Shown here one piece after another: positions 27,727 through 37,938 of a stretch of DNA of 64,000 nucleotides. Both the position numbers and the translations under genes were made by a program. Under the pieces are notes generated by a model that worked only from the letters and a program-made list of their open reading frames with translations, did not search any database and was not told where the DNA came from. Within the stretch, counting starts at the first letter, position 1; each line of letters begins with the position of its first letter. Origin of the DNA: Aliarcobacter sp. (GTDB taxonomy: Bacteria; Campylobacterota; Campylobacteria; Campylobacterales; Arcobacteraceae); assembly GCA_039810345.1 (NCBI GenBank), contig JBDHWU010000011.1, positions 10,571 to 74,570 on the forward strand. The letters run 5' to 3'.

Positions 27727-29579
27727 AATAAATTCAAATTTAAATGTACAATATCAATTGCAGCTGGAGTTATTCCAGGGATTAAACTTGCATTATAAAG
27801 AGTTGCTGGTCTAGCTTTTTCAAGTTTTTCCACAACCTCATTTGATAATCCTGGAAGTTTTTTATAGTTAAAATCTTCAGGGATAGATAGCTTTAACATT
27901 TTTTTCATTTTATCTATTTGTTTTTGCTGCTTTTGGATATATCTATAATATTTTGCTTCTATTAAAATTTGCTCTTTTAAATATTCATCAAACTCTTTAA
28001 ACTCAGGAACCAAAATATCTAATTTCTCAACATCCATACTATTTCTTCCAACTAAATCTATTAAAAGTACCTTATCATTAATTTTCTCTTCATTTATACT
28101 TTCTAATAACTCTAATGTCTCTTTTTTTGAAGTTATCCATGCATTTGCCATAAATTCTACTGCATCTTCAAGAGTTTTTTTCTTATTTAACATTTTTTCA
28201 TAAGCATCTTTACTTAAAAGTCCCAAATCATAACCATATTTAGATAATCTAATATCAGCATTCTCTTCTCTTAAAAGAAGCCTATATTCAGCCCTACTTG
28301 TAAACATTCTATATGGTTCATTTGTTCCTTTTGTAACTAAATCATCTATTAAAACCCCAATATATGCTTCATCTCTTCTTAAAATAAACGGCTCTTTTCC
28401 ATCTATACTCAAACTTGCATTTATACTAGCCATCAAGCCTTGAGCTGCAGCTTCTTCATATCCTGTTGTTGCATTTATTTGCCCTGCATGATATAAATTT
28501 TTGATTTTCTTTGTTTCAAGAGTATGTTTTAGTTCTGTTGGATCAACATAATCATACTCAATAGCATATCCATATCTAATAATTCTTGCATTTTCAAGAC
28601 CTTTTATACTTGCAATAATTCTTTTTTGAATTTCTATTGGTAATGAACTTGACAATCCATTTATATAATACTCCGTACACTTTGCTGTTTGTGGTTCTAA
28701 AAATAGTTGGTGCCGTTCCCTTTCATTAAATCTTTTTACCTTATCTTCAATACTAGGACAATATCGTGGTCCTGAACCTTGTATTTGTCCAGTATAAATT
28801 GGAGCTAGATGAAAATTTTGCTCTATAATTTTATGAGTATCCAAATTTGTGTAAGTTACATAACAAGGATATTGCGTAGGGTTGAAGCTCTTTTTAGGTG
28901 TTCTAAATGAAAATGGAGTTGGTTTTATATCTCCACCGTGAGTCTCCATCTCTGAAAAATCTATACTATTTGCATCCAATCTTGATGGTGTTCCAGTTTT
29001 TAATCGTCCTACATTTAATCCTAACTCTTTTAACTGAATAGATAATGTTGAAGATGGTAATTCCCAAGCTCTTCCAGCAGAATAAGTATTTTCTCCAATA
29101 TGAATTAAACCTCTCATAAAAGTACCAGTTGTAAGAATGGTTTTTTTAGATTTAAACTCTTCTCCTAGTCTTGTTTTAACACCTAATACTTCGCTATTTT
29201 CAACAATTAAATAGCTTACTTCATCTTGATAAATATCTAAATTTGGAGTATTGTGACAAACTTTTCTCATATACTCTTTGTAAAAATCCATATCAATTTG
29301 AGCTCTTGTTCCTTGAACAGCTGCTCCTTTTGAAGCATTTAATACACGAAATTGTATTCCTGTCTCATCTGTGCAAAGCCCCATTTCACCACCTAAAGCA
29401 TCAACTTCCTTTACTAAATGCCCCTTTGCTAATCCTCCAATAGCTGGATTACAACTAGCAGCTCCAATTTGTTCAACTAGCATTGTAATTAATAGTGTTT
29501 TTTTGCCCAATCTTGCACCTGCTAATGCTGCTTCAATACCAGCATGTCCAGCACCTACAACGATAATATCATATTGCAT
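27714..29579 (-). CDS. mnmG: tRNA uridine 5-carboxymethylaminomethyl modification enzyme MnmG (GidA)
   Basis: 621 aa with [16 protein letters not shown] and [16 protein letters not shown]. Confidence 0.97.
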   Translation of the reverse strand: MQYDIIVVGAGHAGIEAALAGARLGKKTLLITMLVEQIGAASCNPAIGGLAKGHLVKEVDALGGEMGLCTDETGIQFRVLNASKGAAVQGTRAQIDMDFYKEYMRKVCHNTPNLDIYQDEVSYLIVENSEVLGVKTRLGEEFKSKKTILTTGTFMRGLIHIGENTYSAGRAWELPSSTLSIQLKELGLNVGRLKTGTPSRLDANSIDFSEMETHGGDIKPTPFSFRTPKKSFNPTQYPCYVTYTNLDTHKIIEQNFHLAPIYTGQIQGSGPRYCPSIEDKVKRFNERERHQLFLEPQTAKCTEYYINGLSSSLPIEIQKRIIASIKGLENARIIRYGYAIEYDYVDPTELKHTLETKKIKNLYHAGQINATTGYEEAAAQGLMASINASLSIDGKEPFILRRDEAYIGVLIDDLVTKGTNEPYRMFTSRAEYRLLLREENADIRLSKYGYDLGLLSKDAYEKMLNKKKTLEDAVEFMANAWITSKKETLELLESINEEKINDKVLLIDLVGRNSMDVEKLDILVPEFKEFDEYLKEQILIEAKYYRYIQKQQKQIDKMKKMLKLSIPEDFNYKKLPGLSNEVVEKLEKARPATLYNASLIPGITPAAIDIVHLNLNLLTKK

Positions 29580-29687
29580 AAATTTTTCCTTTTTTATATA
29601 AAGAGTATGATTTTTAAGTATAAGTAAAAATTAGCTTCTTATAAATTTTTGGCTATTATAACTAAATTTTATCTAAAGGTTTTTTAA

Positions 29688-30299
29688 GTGTTTACAGGAC
29701 TTATACGAGAATTAGCAAAAGTGGAAAACTTTTCAAATAATATTTTAACACTAAAAGCAAACTATAAACCAAAAATTGGTGATTCTATTGCAGTTAATGG
29801 TGCTTGTTTAACAGTTATTAAAATATTTGAAAAATCTTTTAGTGTAGAATTATCTCCAGAAAGTACAAGTTTACTTGCTCTTGAAAACTATAAAAATGAG
29901 GTTCATATAGAACCAGCGATGCAATTAAAAGATAGATTTGAGGGTCATATAGTTCAAGGGCATATTGATTGTATTGGTGTTATTGATAAAATTATAAAAA
30001 ATGGAAACTCAACAGATTTTTTTATAAAGGTTCCAAAAGAGTTTATAAAATATATGATAAATAAAGGAAGTGTAGCAATAGATGGAGTTTCTTTAACTAT
30101 AAATGAAGTTTTAGAAAACTCTTTTAGACTTACAATTATTCCACATACTATAGAAAACACACTATTTAAAACATATAAGATAGGTAGTCGCGTAAATATA
30201 GAAACTGATATGTTTGCAAGATACATTTACAATATGTTTAAAAAAGAAAAAAATGGGCTAACTTGGGAAAAGGTAGATAATATTCTAGCTAATTATTAG
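29688..30299 (+). CDS. ribE: riboflavin synthase (alpha chain)
   Basis: GTG start; MFTGLI..., two lumazine-binding repeats (GDSIAVNGACLTV / GSVAIDGVSLTI). Confidence 0.9.
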   Translation: MFTGLIRELAKVENFSNNILTLKANYKPKIGDSIAVNGACLTVIKIFEKSFSVELSPESTSLLALENYKNEVHIEPAMQLKDRFEGHIVQGHIDCIGVIDKIIKNGNSTDFFIKVPKEFIKYMINKGSVAIDGVSLTINEVLENSFRLTIIPHTIENTLFKTYKIGSRVNIETDMFARYIYNMFKKEKNGLTWEKVDNILANY

Positions 30300-31083
30300 T
30301 ATTTTTTTGAACATTTATCGTTTGTTTATTATTATCGTAAAGATAAAAATATCTTTTTTTACTAGCATTTATGTAGGGTTTTACCTTTGCCATTTTCATA
30401 TCAGCAAGTGCAATAACTTCAGTTACAACACCAACTCTTAACCCCTCGTAAAAAATATTATCCATTCCAGAAGTTATAACTTCATCACCTTCATTAATTT
30501 GTGCTAATATTGGGATAAATTTAATTTGTAAACTATTTTCACTATCTCCTGCCATGATAATACCAGGGCTTTTCTCCTCACCAATAAATACAGAATATGA
30601 ACAATCTTTATTTCCATTTAATAAGCCAATAGCTCTATTTTCTTGACTTACTACTATTCCAGCTGCAAAGTTATCTGAAATAAGACCCAAAATTTTATCA
30701 TTTTCTAACTGCTTACCTAGAAATACCTTTGTAAAATCGTTGAAATTTATATATGAAATAACTTTTACCAACTCAACTTTACTACTATTTTGTACTAGAT
30801 TTAAATTTGATAAAAACTCATTTTTTATCTCTAATTCATCTTTTGCTATGTTGTACAAAACTTTATAATCGCGAAGTTCGCTATTTTCTTCTTTTAATTT
30901 CTCTATAGTTTTTATTTGATTGAAATACTTTTCAAAAGAGCTTGATATACTTAATACATTTCTTATATAAAAAGATTTAATATCATTTAAAAATGTAAAA
31001 TTTTTTACAATTATCTCATCTAACTTAAAAATATAAGATAAAATCGCTATTGTAAAAAATGCTACAAATATAAACTTTCGCAT
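30289..31083 (-). CDS. mreC: rod shape-determining protein MreC
   Basis: 264 aa. N-terminal TM, a coiled-coil, and a C-terminal beta-barrel (VITSGMDNIFYEGLRVGVV). Immediately downstream of mreB. Confidence 0.85.
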   Translation of the reverse strand: MRKFIFVAFFTIAILSYIFKLDEIIVKNFTFLNDIKSFYIRNVLSISSSFEKYFNQIKTIEKLKEENSELRDYKVLYNIAKDELEIKNEFLSNLNLVQNSSKVELVKVISYINFNDFTKVFLGKQLENDKILGLISDNFAAGIVVSQENRAIGLLNGNKDCSYSVFIGEEKSPGIIMAGDSENSLQIKFIPILAQINEGDEVITSGMDNIFYEGLRVGVVTEVIALADMKMAKVKPYINASKKRYFYLYDNNKQTINVQKNTNN

Positions 31084-32114
31084 TAGTTACTTGAAATTAA
31101 TTTTAATAATTCTGGTTGTTCTAAAACTTTACTTGTCCCATATGCAACAGATAAAAGTGGCTCATCAGAAATTTTTACTGGTAATTTAATAATATCTGAA
31201 AGATATGTATCTAAACCTCTAATTAAAGCTCCTCCACCAGTGATTATTACTCCATTATCAACAATATCACTTGCTAAATCTGGTGGCATATTTTCTAACA
31301 CACTTTTAATAGCTGATGCAATTTCTCTAAGTGGTTCTTTAATTGCAGTTCGCACACCTTCACTTCCAAACTCAATAGTTGATAGAAGCCCTGAATTATC
31401 TCTTCCTTTTACTTGCATTTTTAACTCTGTTTCAAGTTTTATTGCAGCGCCTATTTCTATTTTAATATTTTCAGCTGTTCTCTCACCTATATATAGATTA
31501 TAGTTTTGTCTTACATGTTCAGTGATTGCTCTATCTATTTTATCCCCACCAACTTTGATTGATCTACATAAAACTAATCCACCCAAAGATGTAACACCAA
31601 TTTCAGTAGTCCCACCACCAATATCAACAATCACATATCCAGAAGGTCCTGAAACATCAATTCCAGCTCCAATTGCTGCTGCCATTGGCTCTTCTACTAA
31701 AAACACTTCTCTAGCACCTGCACTCATAGCTGATTCTTCAACTGCTTTTTTCTCAACCTGAGTTATTCCATAAGGAATACAAATTATTACCCTTGGTCTT
31801 ATAAAAGATTTTCTTGAGTGAGCTTTTTCAATAAAGTATCTAATCATTCTTTCAGTCATCTCAAAATCAGCAATAACTCCATCTTGCATAGGACGAACAG
31901 CTTTTATATTTAGTGGAGTTTTTCCTATCATCTGTTTTGCTTCTTGACCAACAGCCAATATCCTATCTTTTCCATGTTTTTCGCTTTGAATTGCTACAAC
32001 AGAAGGCTCATTTATAATTATTCCTTTACCTCTTATAGAAACAACAGTATTTGCTGTTCCTAAATCTATTGCCATATCAGTTGAAAAAAATCCTATTAAT
32101 TTATCTACAATCAT
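31083..32114 (-). CDS. mreB: rod shape-determining protein MreB
   Basis: 343 aa, actin-like ATPase (DLGTANT, DIGGGTTE). Confidence 0.97.
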   Translation of the reverse strand: MIVDKLIGFFSTDMAIDLGTANTVVSIRGKGIIINEPSVVAIQSEKHGKDRILAVGQEAKQMIGKTPLNIKAVRPMQDGVIADFEMTERMIRYFIEKAHSRKSFIRPRVIICIPYGITQVEKKAVEESAMSAGAREVFLVEEPMAAAIGAGIDVSGPSGYVIVDIGGGTTEIGVTSLGGLVLCRSIKVGGDKIDRAITEHVRQNYNLYIGERTAENIKIEIGAAIKLETELKMQVKGRDNSGLLSTIEFGSEGVRTAIKEPLREIASAIKSVLENMPPDLASDIVDNGVIITGGGALIRGLDTYLSDIIKLPVKISDEPLLSVAYGTSKVLEQPELLKLISSN

Positions 32115-33347
32115 TTATTTATCCTTTGCTACAACTTTTGGTTCACCAGTTTTTAAAACAACATCTTTTGAAATAATAATTTTTTTATTTTTATATTTTG
32201 GAAGATCAAACATAATATCAAGCATAATATCCTCTAAAATAGACCTCAATCCTCTTGCCCCTGTTTTTCTTTTAATTGCTAAATCAGCCAATTCTAAAAG
32301 AGCATCTTTTTCAAACTCTAAAGTTACTTTATCCATCTCAAAAAGCTTTACATATTGTTTGATTAAAGCATTTTTTGGTTCAGTTAAAATATGAACCATA
32401 TCCTCTTTTGTAATCTCATTTAAAGTTGCAACCATATGAAGTCTTCCAATTAGTTCTGGAATAAGTCCATATTTTACTAAATCATCTGTCTCAACTTTTG
32501 AAATAACTTTTTCTTCATCATTTTTTGGTTTTTTTTCATGGTTAAAACCTAAAACATTTGCACCTTGTTTTCTTTTAATAATATCTTCAAGTCCATCAAA
32601 TGCCCCACCACAAATAAACAAAATATTTGAAGTATCAACTTGTAAAAGTTCTTGGCTAGGATGCTTTCTTCCACCTTTTGGTGGTACATTTACAATTGCA
32701 CCTTCAACGATTTTTAGTAAGGCTTGTTGAACACCCTCTCCTGAAACATCTCTTGTTATACTTCTATTTTCACTCATTCTAGCAATTTTATCTATCTCAT
32801 CAATAAATATAATTCCTCTTTGAGCTTTTTCTATATCACCAGAGGCTGCTTGAACAAGTCTTGTTACTACATTTTCAACATCATCTCCAACATATCCAGC
32901 TTCTGTTAAACTTGTAGCATCAGCAATTGCAAGTGGAACATCAAGATATTTTGAAATAGTTTGAGCAAGAAGTGTTTTTCCGCTTCCTGTTGGTCCAATT
33001 AAAAGAACATTTGATTTACTTAACTCTGTATCATCTTCACTTAATTCATCTTTTCTAAAAATTCTTTTATAGTGGTTGTAAACTGCAACTGAAAGAACTT
33101 TTTTAGCTCTATCTTGTCCAATAATATACTCATCTAATATCTTTTTTAGTTCGGCTGGTGTTTTTATTTTTATATCTTTTGGCTTTTTTGAAGAAGAAGT
33201 CTTTTCATTTATTTCATCTTCATTATTCATAATATCATAAGCCGCTGCAATACAAGACTTACAAATACAAGCATTATCTCCTGAAATTACAGGATTTAAT
33301 TTACTATCTGTTGCTCCACAAAAATCACAAATTATCTTACTCATCAC
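32115..33347 (-). CDS. clpX: ATP-dependent Clp protease ATP-binding subunit ClpX
   Basis: N-terminal zinc finger CDFCG...[30 protein letters not shown]. Confidence 0.97.
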   Translation of the reverse strand: MMSKIICDFCGATDSKLNPVISGDNACICKSCIAAAYDIMNNEDEINEKTSSSKKPKDIKIKTPAELKKILDEYIIGQDRAKKVLSVAVYNHYKRIFRKDELSEDDTELSKSNVLLIGPTGSGKTLLAQTISKYLDVPLAIADATSLTEAGYVGDDVENVVTRLVQAASGDIEKAQRGIIFIDEIDKIARMSENRSITRDVSGEGVQQALLKIVEGAIVNVPPKGGRKHPSQELLQVDTSNILFICGGAFDGLEDIIKRKQGANVLGFNHEKKPKNDEEKVISKVETDDLVKYGLIPELIGRLHMVATLNEITKEDMVHILTEPKNALIKQYVKLFEMDKVTLEFEKDALLELADLAIKRKTGARGLRSILEDIMLDIMFDLPKYKNKKIIISKDVVLKTGEPKVVAKDK

Positions 33348-34134
33348 TACTCTTTATTTTTCTTTCAAAAGGAATTCCTCTTTTTGTATTTACTACAAAA
33401 CTAGCTAATTCTCTTACATATTTATTTTCACTATTTTCTAACTCTTGTGCAACTTCTTGCAAAGGTTTTCCAGACTCAAAAAGTTCTCTATATGCTGATT
33501 TTATAGCATCTATGTCTTCTCTATTTTCAAATCTTCTTCTAAGACCTGTTAAATTTAATCCTCTTAAAACTGCTTTATTGCCCTCAGCTAAACAAAAAGG
33601 AGGTATATCTTGTGCAACTGCACTTGCTCCTCCAATCATAACTTGAGTTCCTATTTTACAAAATTGATGAATTGGTGTTAATCCACCAACAACAACAAAA
33701 TCATCACACTCAACATGACCTGCAAGTGTAGCACCATTTGCAAAAATACAATTGTTTCCAATAATACAATCATGTGCAACATGAACATAGCCCATAAATA
33801 GGTTGTTATTTCCTATTTTAGTCACGCTTCCACCACCAATAGTTCCAGGGTTAAATAAAGTGTATTCTCTAATTTTATTATTATCCCCGATTATTAACTC
33901 AACATCTTCACCATTGAATTTCAAATCTTGAGGAATTGTTCCAATAGAAGCATGTGAAAAGATATGATTATTTTTTCCAATAGTCGTTTTTCCAGTTATT
34001 AATGTATGAGAATCAACAACTGTTCCTGAACCTATTTTTACATCTTTTCCTATTATTGTAAAAGCACCAATTGTTACATTGTCTTCTAAAATTGCACCAT
34101 CTTCAATGATGGCAGTTTTGTGAATATTATTCAT
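33337..34134 (-). CDS. lpxA: acyl-ACP--UDP-N-acetylglucosamine O-acyltransferase
   Basis: 265 aa. Hexapeptide-repeat left-handed beta-helix plus the LpxA C-terminal helical domain. Synteny lpxA-fabZ. Confidence 0.95.
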   Translation of the reverse strand: MNNIHKTAIIEDGAILEDNVTIGAFTIIGKDVKIGSGTVVDSHTLITGKTTIGKNNHIFSHASIGTIPQDLKFNGEDVELIIGDNNKIREYTLFNPGTIGGGSVTKIGNNNLFMGYVHVAHDCIIGNNCIFANGATLAGHVECDDFVVVGGLTPIHQFCKIGTQVMIGGASAVAQDIPPFCLAEGNKAVLRGLNLTGLRRRFENREDIDAIKSAYRELFESGKPLQEVAQELENSENKYVRELASFVVNTKRGIPFERKIKSSDE

Positions 34135-34146
34135 TTTAATCCTAAA

Positions 34147-34590
34147 TTATTTATCAACAATCATCGCTTTAAACTCAGCTTCAGCTGTAAGCTTTCCATC
34201 AACATAAGCTTTTCCCTCAAGCACCATTAAAGTACTTTTCATCTTAATAGCTGTTAATTCATAATCAAGTCTATCACCAGGACGAACAGGATTTCTAAAC
34301 TTAGCTTTGTCTATACTCATAAAATAGATTACTTTTTCTTTCATCTGTTCATCTGTAAGACCTGAACTTTTTAGTGCTAAAACTCCACCACATTGAGCCA
34401 TACCTTCAAGTATCATAACACCTGGGTATATTGGATGACCAGGAAAGTGTCCTTGAAAAGCTGGTTCAGATATAGAGATGTTTTTAAAACCTTTTATAGA
34501 TTTTGCTACTTCCATATCTGTAATTCTATCTACCAATAAAAGTGGGTATCTGTGAGGTAAAATCTCTTGGATTTGTATAATATCAAACAT
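34147..34590 (-). CDS. fabZ: 3-hydroxyacyl-ACP dehydratase FabZ
   Basis: [26 protein letters not shown]. Confidence 0.95.
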   Translation of the reverse strand: MFDIIQIQEILPHRYPLLLVDRITDMEVAKSIKGFKNISISEPAFQGHFPGHPIYPGVMILEGMAQCGGVLALKSSGLTDEQMKEKVIYFMSIDKAKFRNPVRPGDRLDYELTAIKMKSTLMVLEGKAYVDGKLTAEAEFKAMIVDK

Positions 34591-34643
34591 AATAATTCCT
34601 GAATAAAAATTTGCTAAAGTTGATGATTATATCTAAAAGAAGT

Positions 34644-35687
34644 TTAGTTTTCTATAATCTTTGCTACATTATAGGAACTACCGTACTTTAAATAGGCTCT
34701 TAAAAGCTTTGAGTTTTCGAAAAACTGCTCTTTATTAAAACTGTTATAGTCATCTAAAAGATTATTTATATTTACATTTTCTTGTAAAAATTCACTATGA
34801 AGTTGCTCTTTTCCCATTTTTTCAAAAAAGATATTTGCTAATCCAACATAGTTTAACTTTACAAATGTTTTTCCTATAAAAAAGTCTAGTTTTTTTGCAA
34901 TATAAGCTAAAGTAAATGGAGTTCCAATAAGTGCTGCTTCAAGTGTTGCTGTTCCACTACAAATAAAGGCATATTCAGCTTTTATTAATGCTTCGTGTGA
35001 ATCTTTTGAAATAGTAAAAGAACTAATATCTCCATAAACTTCTTTTATATAATCATCATCAAACTTTTTTGGAATTACTAAAACATACTCTTTGTTTGGA
35101 ATTTTTTTGATTAACTCTTTAAAAATTGGCATAAGATTTCTTATCTCTGTTTTTCTACTTCCTGGCATAAAAACTATTTTTCCAGAGTTTGAAAGCTCTT
35201 TTTTGAACTCTTTTATCTCATCAAGTAAAGGATGTCCTACATAAGATATTTTATTTTTATCACTATAAATTTCACTTTCAAAAGGCAAAATAGAACAAAG
35301 TTTTGAACAAGTTGCTTCAAGAACTTTTACTCTTCCTTTTTTCCAAGCCCAAGCTTGTGGCAAAATATAGTATATAATCTCTTTTTGTGGATATGTAGCT
35401 CTTAACTTTTTTGCTAGTGGAAGATTAAACCCGCTACTATCAAGAAGTAAAACTTTATCACAATCTTTTGCCAAAGCAACCATTTCATCTCTAAGACGGA
35501 AAAAAAATCTTAGTTTTTTAATTGCATCAACAAATCCCATAATAGCAAGGCTTGTTAAATCATAGAGTGGATTTCCTAACTCTTTATCAAAAACTCCAAC
35601 AAATTCAACATCACTACTTAAATGTTTTTTTAACTCTTTTAAGTGAACATTTGAAGATGCTTCCATAGCACTTACTAAAATTTTCAA
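34644..35687 (-). CDS. lpxB: lipid-A-disaccharide synthase
   Basis: 347 aa, GT19-like (YYILPQAWAWKKGR, SGTATLEAALIGTP). Confidence 0.9.
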   Translation of the reverse strand: MKILVSAMEASSNVHLKELKKHLSSDVEFVGVFDKELGNPLYDLTSLAIMGFVDAIKKLRFFFRLRDEMVALAKDCDKVLLLDSSGFNLPLAKKLRATYPQKEIIYYILPQAWAWKKGRVKVLEATCSKLCSILPFESEIYSDKNKISYVGHPLLDEIKEFKKELSNSGKIVFMPGSRKTEIRNLMPIFKELIKKIPNKEYVLVIPKKFDDDYIKEVYGDISSFTISKDSHEALIKAEYAFICSGTATLEAALIGTPFTLAYIAKKLDFFIGKTFVKLNYVGLANIFFEKMGKEQLHSEFLQENVNINNLLDDYNSFNKEQFFENSKLLRAYLKYGSSYNVAKIIEN

Positions 35688-36793
35688 ATCAAACTCTCCC
35701 TTACATCTTCATAAGTAATACTATCAATAAAAATTTCATATTTTTTATCTGTAATTTCATCAAGCACGATTAAAGCTGATAAATCAAAAGAAGAGTTTAA
35801 AATAGTGTTTCTAACTTTTAATTCATCTTCAAACTTTAGTGGTGCATAGATTAAATCTTTTACACTTTTATAACTTGTTTTTGCAAAACTATTAAATGTT
35901 TCTATTGAAATAAATTTAACTTCATCTCTTGATAAATAAGAGATTCCATCCTTTTCGTACTCTACTTTTGCTTCAATCTTTTTCTTTGAAATTGTAGAAT
36001 AAGCAAATATATATGATGGGATTGCCTCTTTTTCAAGCTCGATTTTTCCATATAAAAGTCTATAATTTAAAAATCTTTGTTTAATGATTTTATACTCTTT
36101 TTGCTCATCTTCAAAATCATTTCTTTTTTTATAAAGCTCAAGTCTTTCTTCTATTGACTCAGGCATTATTTGGTTTGAAATAGGATTAAACATCTCATCC
36201 ATAAGTTTTTTTTGGTTTTCTCTTTGAGCTGTTAATCCAAACAAACATCCACAATAATTTTGTCTATAAAGGCTATTTTCTTTTACCCTTTTTCCTTGAA
36301 GTTCCATTCCATTTCCACTTCTATAATCTTTGAAAATAAACTTCACACCTGTTTTTTTCTCTAAGTTATTTCCAATAATATCAAGCTTTTCTTGAGATTT
36401 CTTTGGTGATATTAGAAGTGTTGTTGTAAATTTATCGTGTCCTAATTCAAGTGCTTTTTGCACACTATTATCAAGCCTATCATCATAACAAACTGTACAT
36501 CTATCACCTTTTTCAGGTAAATGCTCCATTCCTTTTACTTTTTTTAACCACTCTTCAAGATTGTAAGCTCCTTCAAGTAAAGGAATACCTAATTTTTTAC
36601 AAGAGTATTCAACATCTAAATATCTAAGTCTATATTCACTATAAGGGTGAATATTTGGGTCATAAAAATATCCTACAAGTTTTTCATCTGGATACTCTTC
36701 TTGGATTTTTTCTAAAAAATAGTGACTATCAACTGCACAACAAATATGAACTAACAAAATATATAAACCTTTAAAATATAAAATAAGGTACAA
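35684..36793 (-). CDS. queH: epoxyqueuosine reductase QueH (DUF208) with a roughly 175-aa C-terminal extension
   Basis: LVHICCAVDSHYF, GDRCTVCYDDRL and YRQNYCGCLFG are DUF208/QueH Cys motifs, all within the first 190 aa or so. The longest ORF starts at TTG 36793. An internal TTG at 36757 (giving MLVHICC) is an alternative start. Confidence 0.75.
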   Translation of the reverse strand: MYLILYFKGLYILLVHICCAVDSHYFLEKIQEEYPDEKLVGYFYDPNIHPYSEYRLRYLDVEYSCKKLGIPLLEGAYNLEEWLKKVKGMEHLPEKGDRCTVCYDDRLDNSVQKALELGHDKFTTTLLISPKKSQEKLDIIGNNLEKKTGVKFIFKDYRSGNGMELQGKRVKENSLYRQNYCGCLFGLTAQRENQKKLMDEMFNPISNQIMPESIEERLELYKKRNDFEDEQKEYKIIKQRFLNYRLLYGKIELEKEAIPSYIFAYSTISKKKIEAKVEYEKDGISYLSRDEVKFISIETFNSFAKTSYKSVKDLIYAPLKFEDELKVRNTILNSSFDLSALIVLDEITDKKYEIFIDSITYEDVRESLI

Positions 36794-36827
36794 TTATAGT
36801 TAAAAATTTTTAAACAAAGGATTTACT

Positions 36828-37214
36828 ATCAAAAATTTACTTTTTTTAGCAATTATTCTATTTTTTATCACTGGTTGTAGCCAAAAAGAGCCACAATTAA
36901 GCTCAAATAGTGCAACAATTTTATTTAAAACTCCTAATATGAAGTTTCACGATAAAGGTTTTATTTTTAAATACAAAGATTATACACAAGTTCAAATTTT
37001 TAATGCTGGTGTTGCTATTTTGGATATGAAAATATATGAAGATAAGGTTTGTAAAAGCACTTTTAAATGTCAAGATATTGAAGTTTTTAATAAAGAAAAT
37101 CTAAGCTCTACTTATCCTAAAAATTTTCTAAAAAACCTTTTTGATAAAGAAGATAAAGAGATAATTCACAGGGATAGCGAAAATGGTATTTTAATAAAAA
37201 TAATTAGGGATTAA
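36828..37214 (+). CDS. small lipoprotein, apparently initiated at a non-canonical ATC
   Basis: The frame of the 36939 ATG ORF stays open back to the stop codon at 36801-36803. It encodes KNLLFLAIILFFITGCSQ, a signal peptide with lipobox ITGC. AAGGA at 36817-21 lies 6 nt before ATC 36828. No ATG, GTG or TTG is in frame upstream of 36939. Confidence 0.45.
   Translation: MKNLLFLAIILFFITGCSQKEPQLSSNSATILFKTPNMKFHDKGFIFKYKDYTQVQIFNAGVAILDMKIYEDKVCKSTFKCQDIEVFNKENLSSTYPKNFLKNLFDKEDKEIIHRDSENGILIKIIRD
37188..37214 (+). repeat. 27-bp direct repeat, copy 1 (left boundary of the mntA/hepT cassette)
   Basis: ATTTTAATAAAAATAATTAGGGATTAA, identical to 37908-37934. Here it encodes the lipoprotein C-terminus and stop. 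Confidence 0.9.
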
Positions 37215-37219
37215 TAATA

Positions 37220-37228
37220 TGTTATAAT
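37220..37228 (+). promoter_or_regulatory. extended -10 promoter element for the TA cassette
   Basis: TGtTATAAT lies 27 nt upstream of the mntA ATG. RBS AAAGGA at 37243-48. Confidence 0.4.
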
Positions 37229-37254
37229 TTTAATTACCTTCATAAAGGATTACT

Positions 37255-37566
37255 ATGCTTGATAAAAGTTCAATTATTCTAAAACTAAAAGAGTTAAAAG
37301 AGGTTTATAATAAAGAGGGTTTTATTATTAAAGGTCTTTTTGGTTCTTACTCAAAAGATGAAGCCACAAAAAATAGTGATATAGATATATTAGTTGAAGC
37401 TACACCTCTTTTTGCTTCAAAATATGGTTTTAATGCTATAAATAGGGTAAATGAAATAAAAAATGAGATAAGTTCTTTCTTTGGAAGACCTGTTGATTTA
37501 GCAGATAGCTCAAATATGGGTAAAACTGCAAAAAAATTTATAATAGATAAAACAATTTATGTATAA
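37255..37566 (+). CDS. mntA: MntA-type nucleotidyltransferase antitoxin (type VII TA)
   Basis: 103 aa with GSYSKDEATKNSDIDILVE, the minimal nucleotidyltransferase G-S...D-x-D motif. Confidence 0.8.
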   Translation: MLDKSSIILKLKELKEVYNKEGFIIKGLFGSYSKDEATKNSDIDILVEATPLFASKYGFNAINRVNEIKNEISSFFGRPVDLADSSNMGKTAKKFIIDKTIYV

Positions 37567-37927
37567 CCAAAATATCTCAAAAATATATTTAGTGTTTGAA
37601 AAAATAGAATATATTGAACAAATTATAATAAATTGTGGTTCAATTTCAAATGCATTAAATGATATTATTACAAATCGACCTGCTATTTTAATGCATTTAA
37701 CTGCAATTGCAGAACAATTTAATAAATTAAAAATAAAAGATGAGAAAGAGATTTTAAGTTTCTTTGATAAAGAGGATTTACGAGGTCTTTATGATGTAAG
37801 AACTTATATTGCACACGATTATGAAGGAGCTAATCTATCTATAATTGAGTGGATAATTAGATTTGGATTAGCTAAAGTTAAAGAAAATTGCAATAATGCA
37901 ATAATTCATTTTAATAAAAATAATTAG
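37559..37927 (+). CDS. hepT: HepT-type (DUF86, HEPN) RNase toxin
   Basis: 122 aa with VRTYIAHDY, the R-x4-H-x-Y HEPN motif. Overlaps mntA by 8 nt. Confidence 0.8.
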   Translation: MYNQNISKIYLVFEKIEYIEQIIINCGSISNALNDIITNRPAILMHLTAIAEQFNKLKIKDEKEILSFFDKEDLRGLYDVRTYIAHDYEGANLSIIEWIIRFGLAKVKENCNNAIIHFNKNN

Positions 37928-37934
37928 GGATTAA
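37908..37934 (+). repeat. 27-bp direct repeat, copy 2 (right boundary of the mntA/hepT cassette)
   Basis: Identical to 37188-37214 and exactly 720 bp downstream. Here it supplies the hepT C-terminus and stop, and the RBS region of the next gene. Confidence 0.9.
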
Positions 37935-37938
37935 ATAA

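Noticed and set aside
29580-29687. Possible FMN riboswitch upstream of riboflavin synthase
   Set aside because: The spacer is only 108 nt, almost pure A/T, with none of the conserved GC-rich FMN-aptamer helices. It also has to hold the divergent mnmG promoter.
37215-37223. Mini-ORF ATG TTA TAA (37218-37226) just after direct-repeat copy 1
   Set aside because: It is not a gene. I interpret it as the relic of the duplicated start context of the downstream 361-aa gene (see the cassette finding).
37220-37226. Integron attC-like core site (GTTRRRY) near the TA cassette boundary
   Set aside because: GTTATAA does not fit GTTRRRY. No attC-type imperfect palindrome and no integrase are present.
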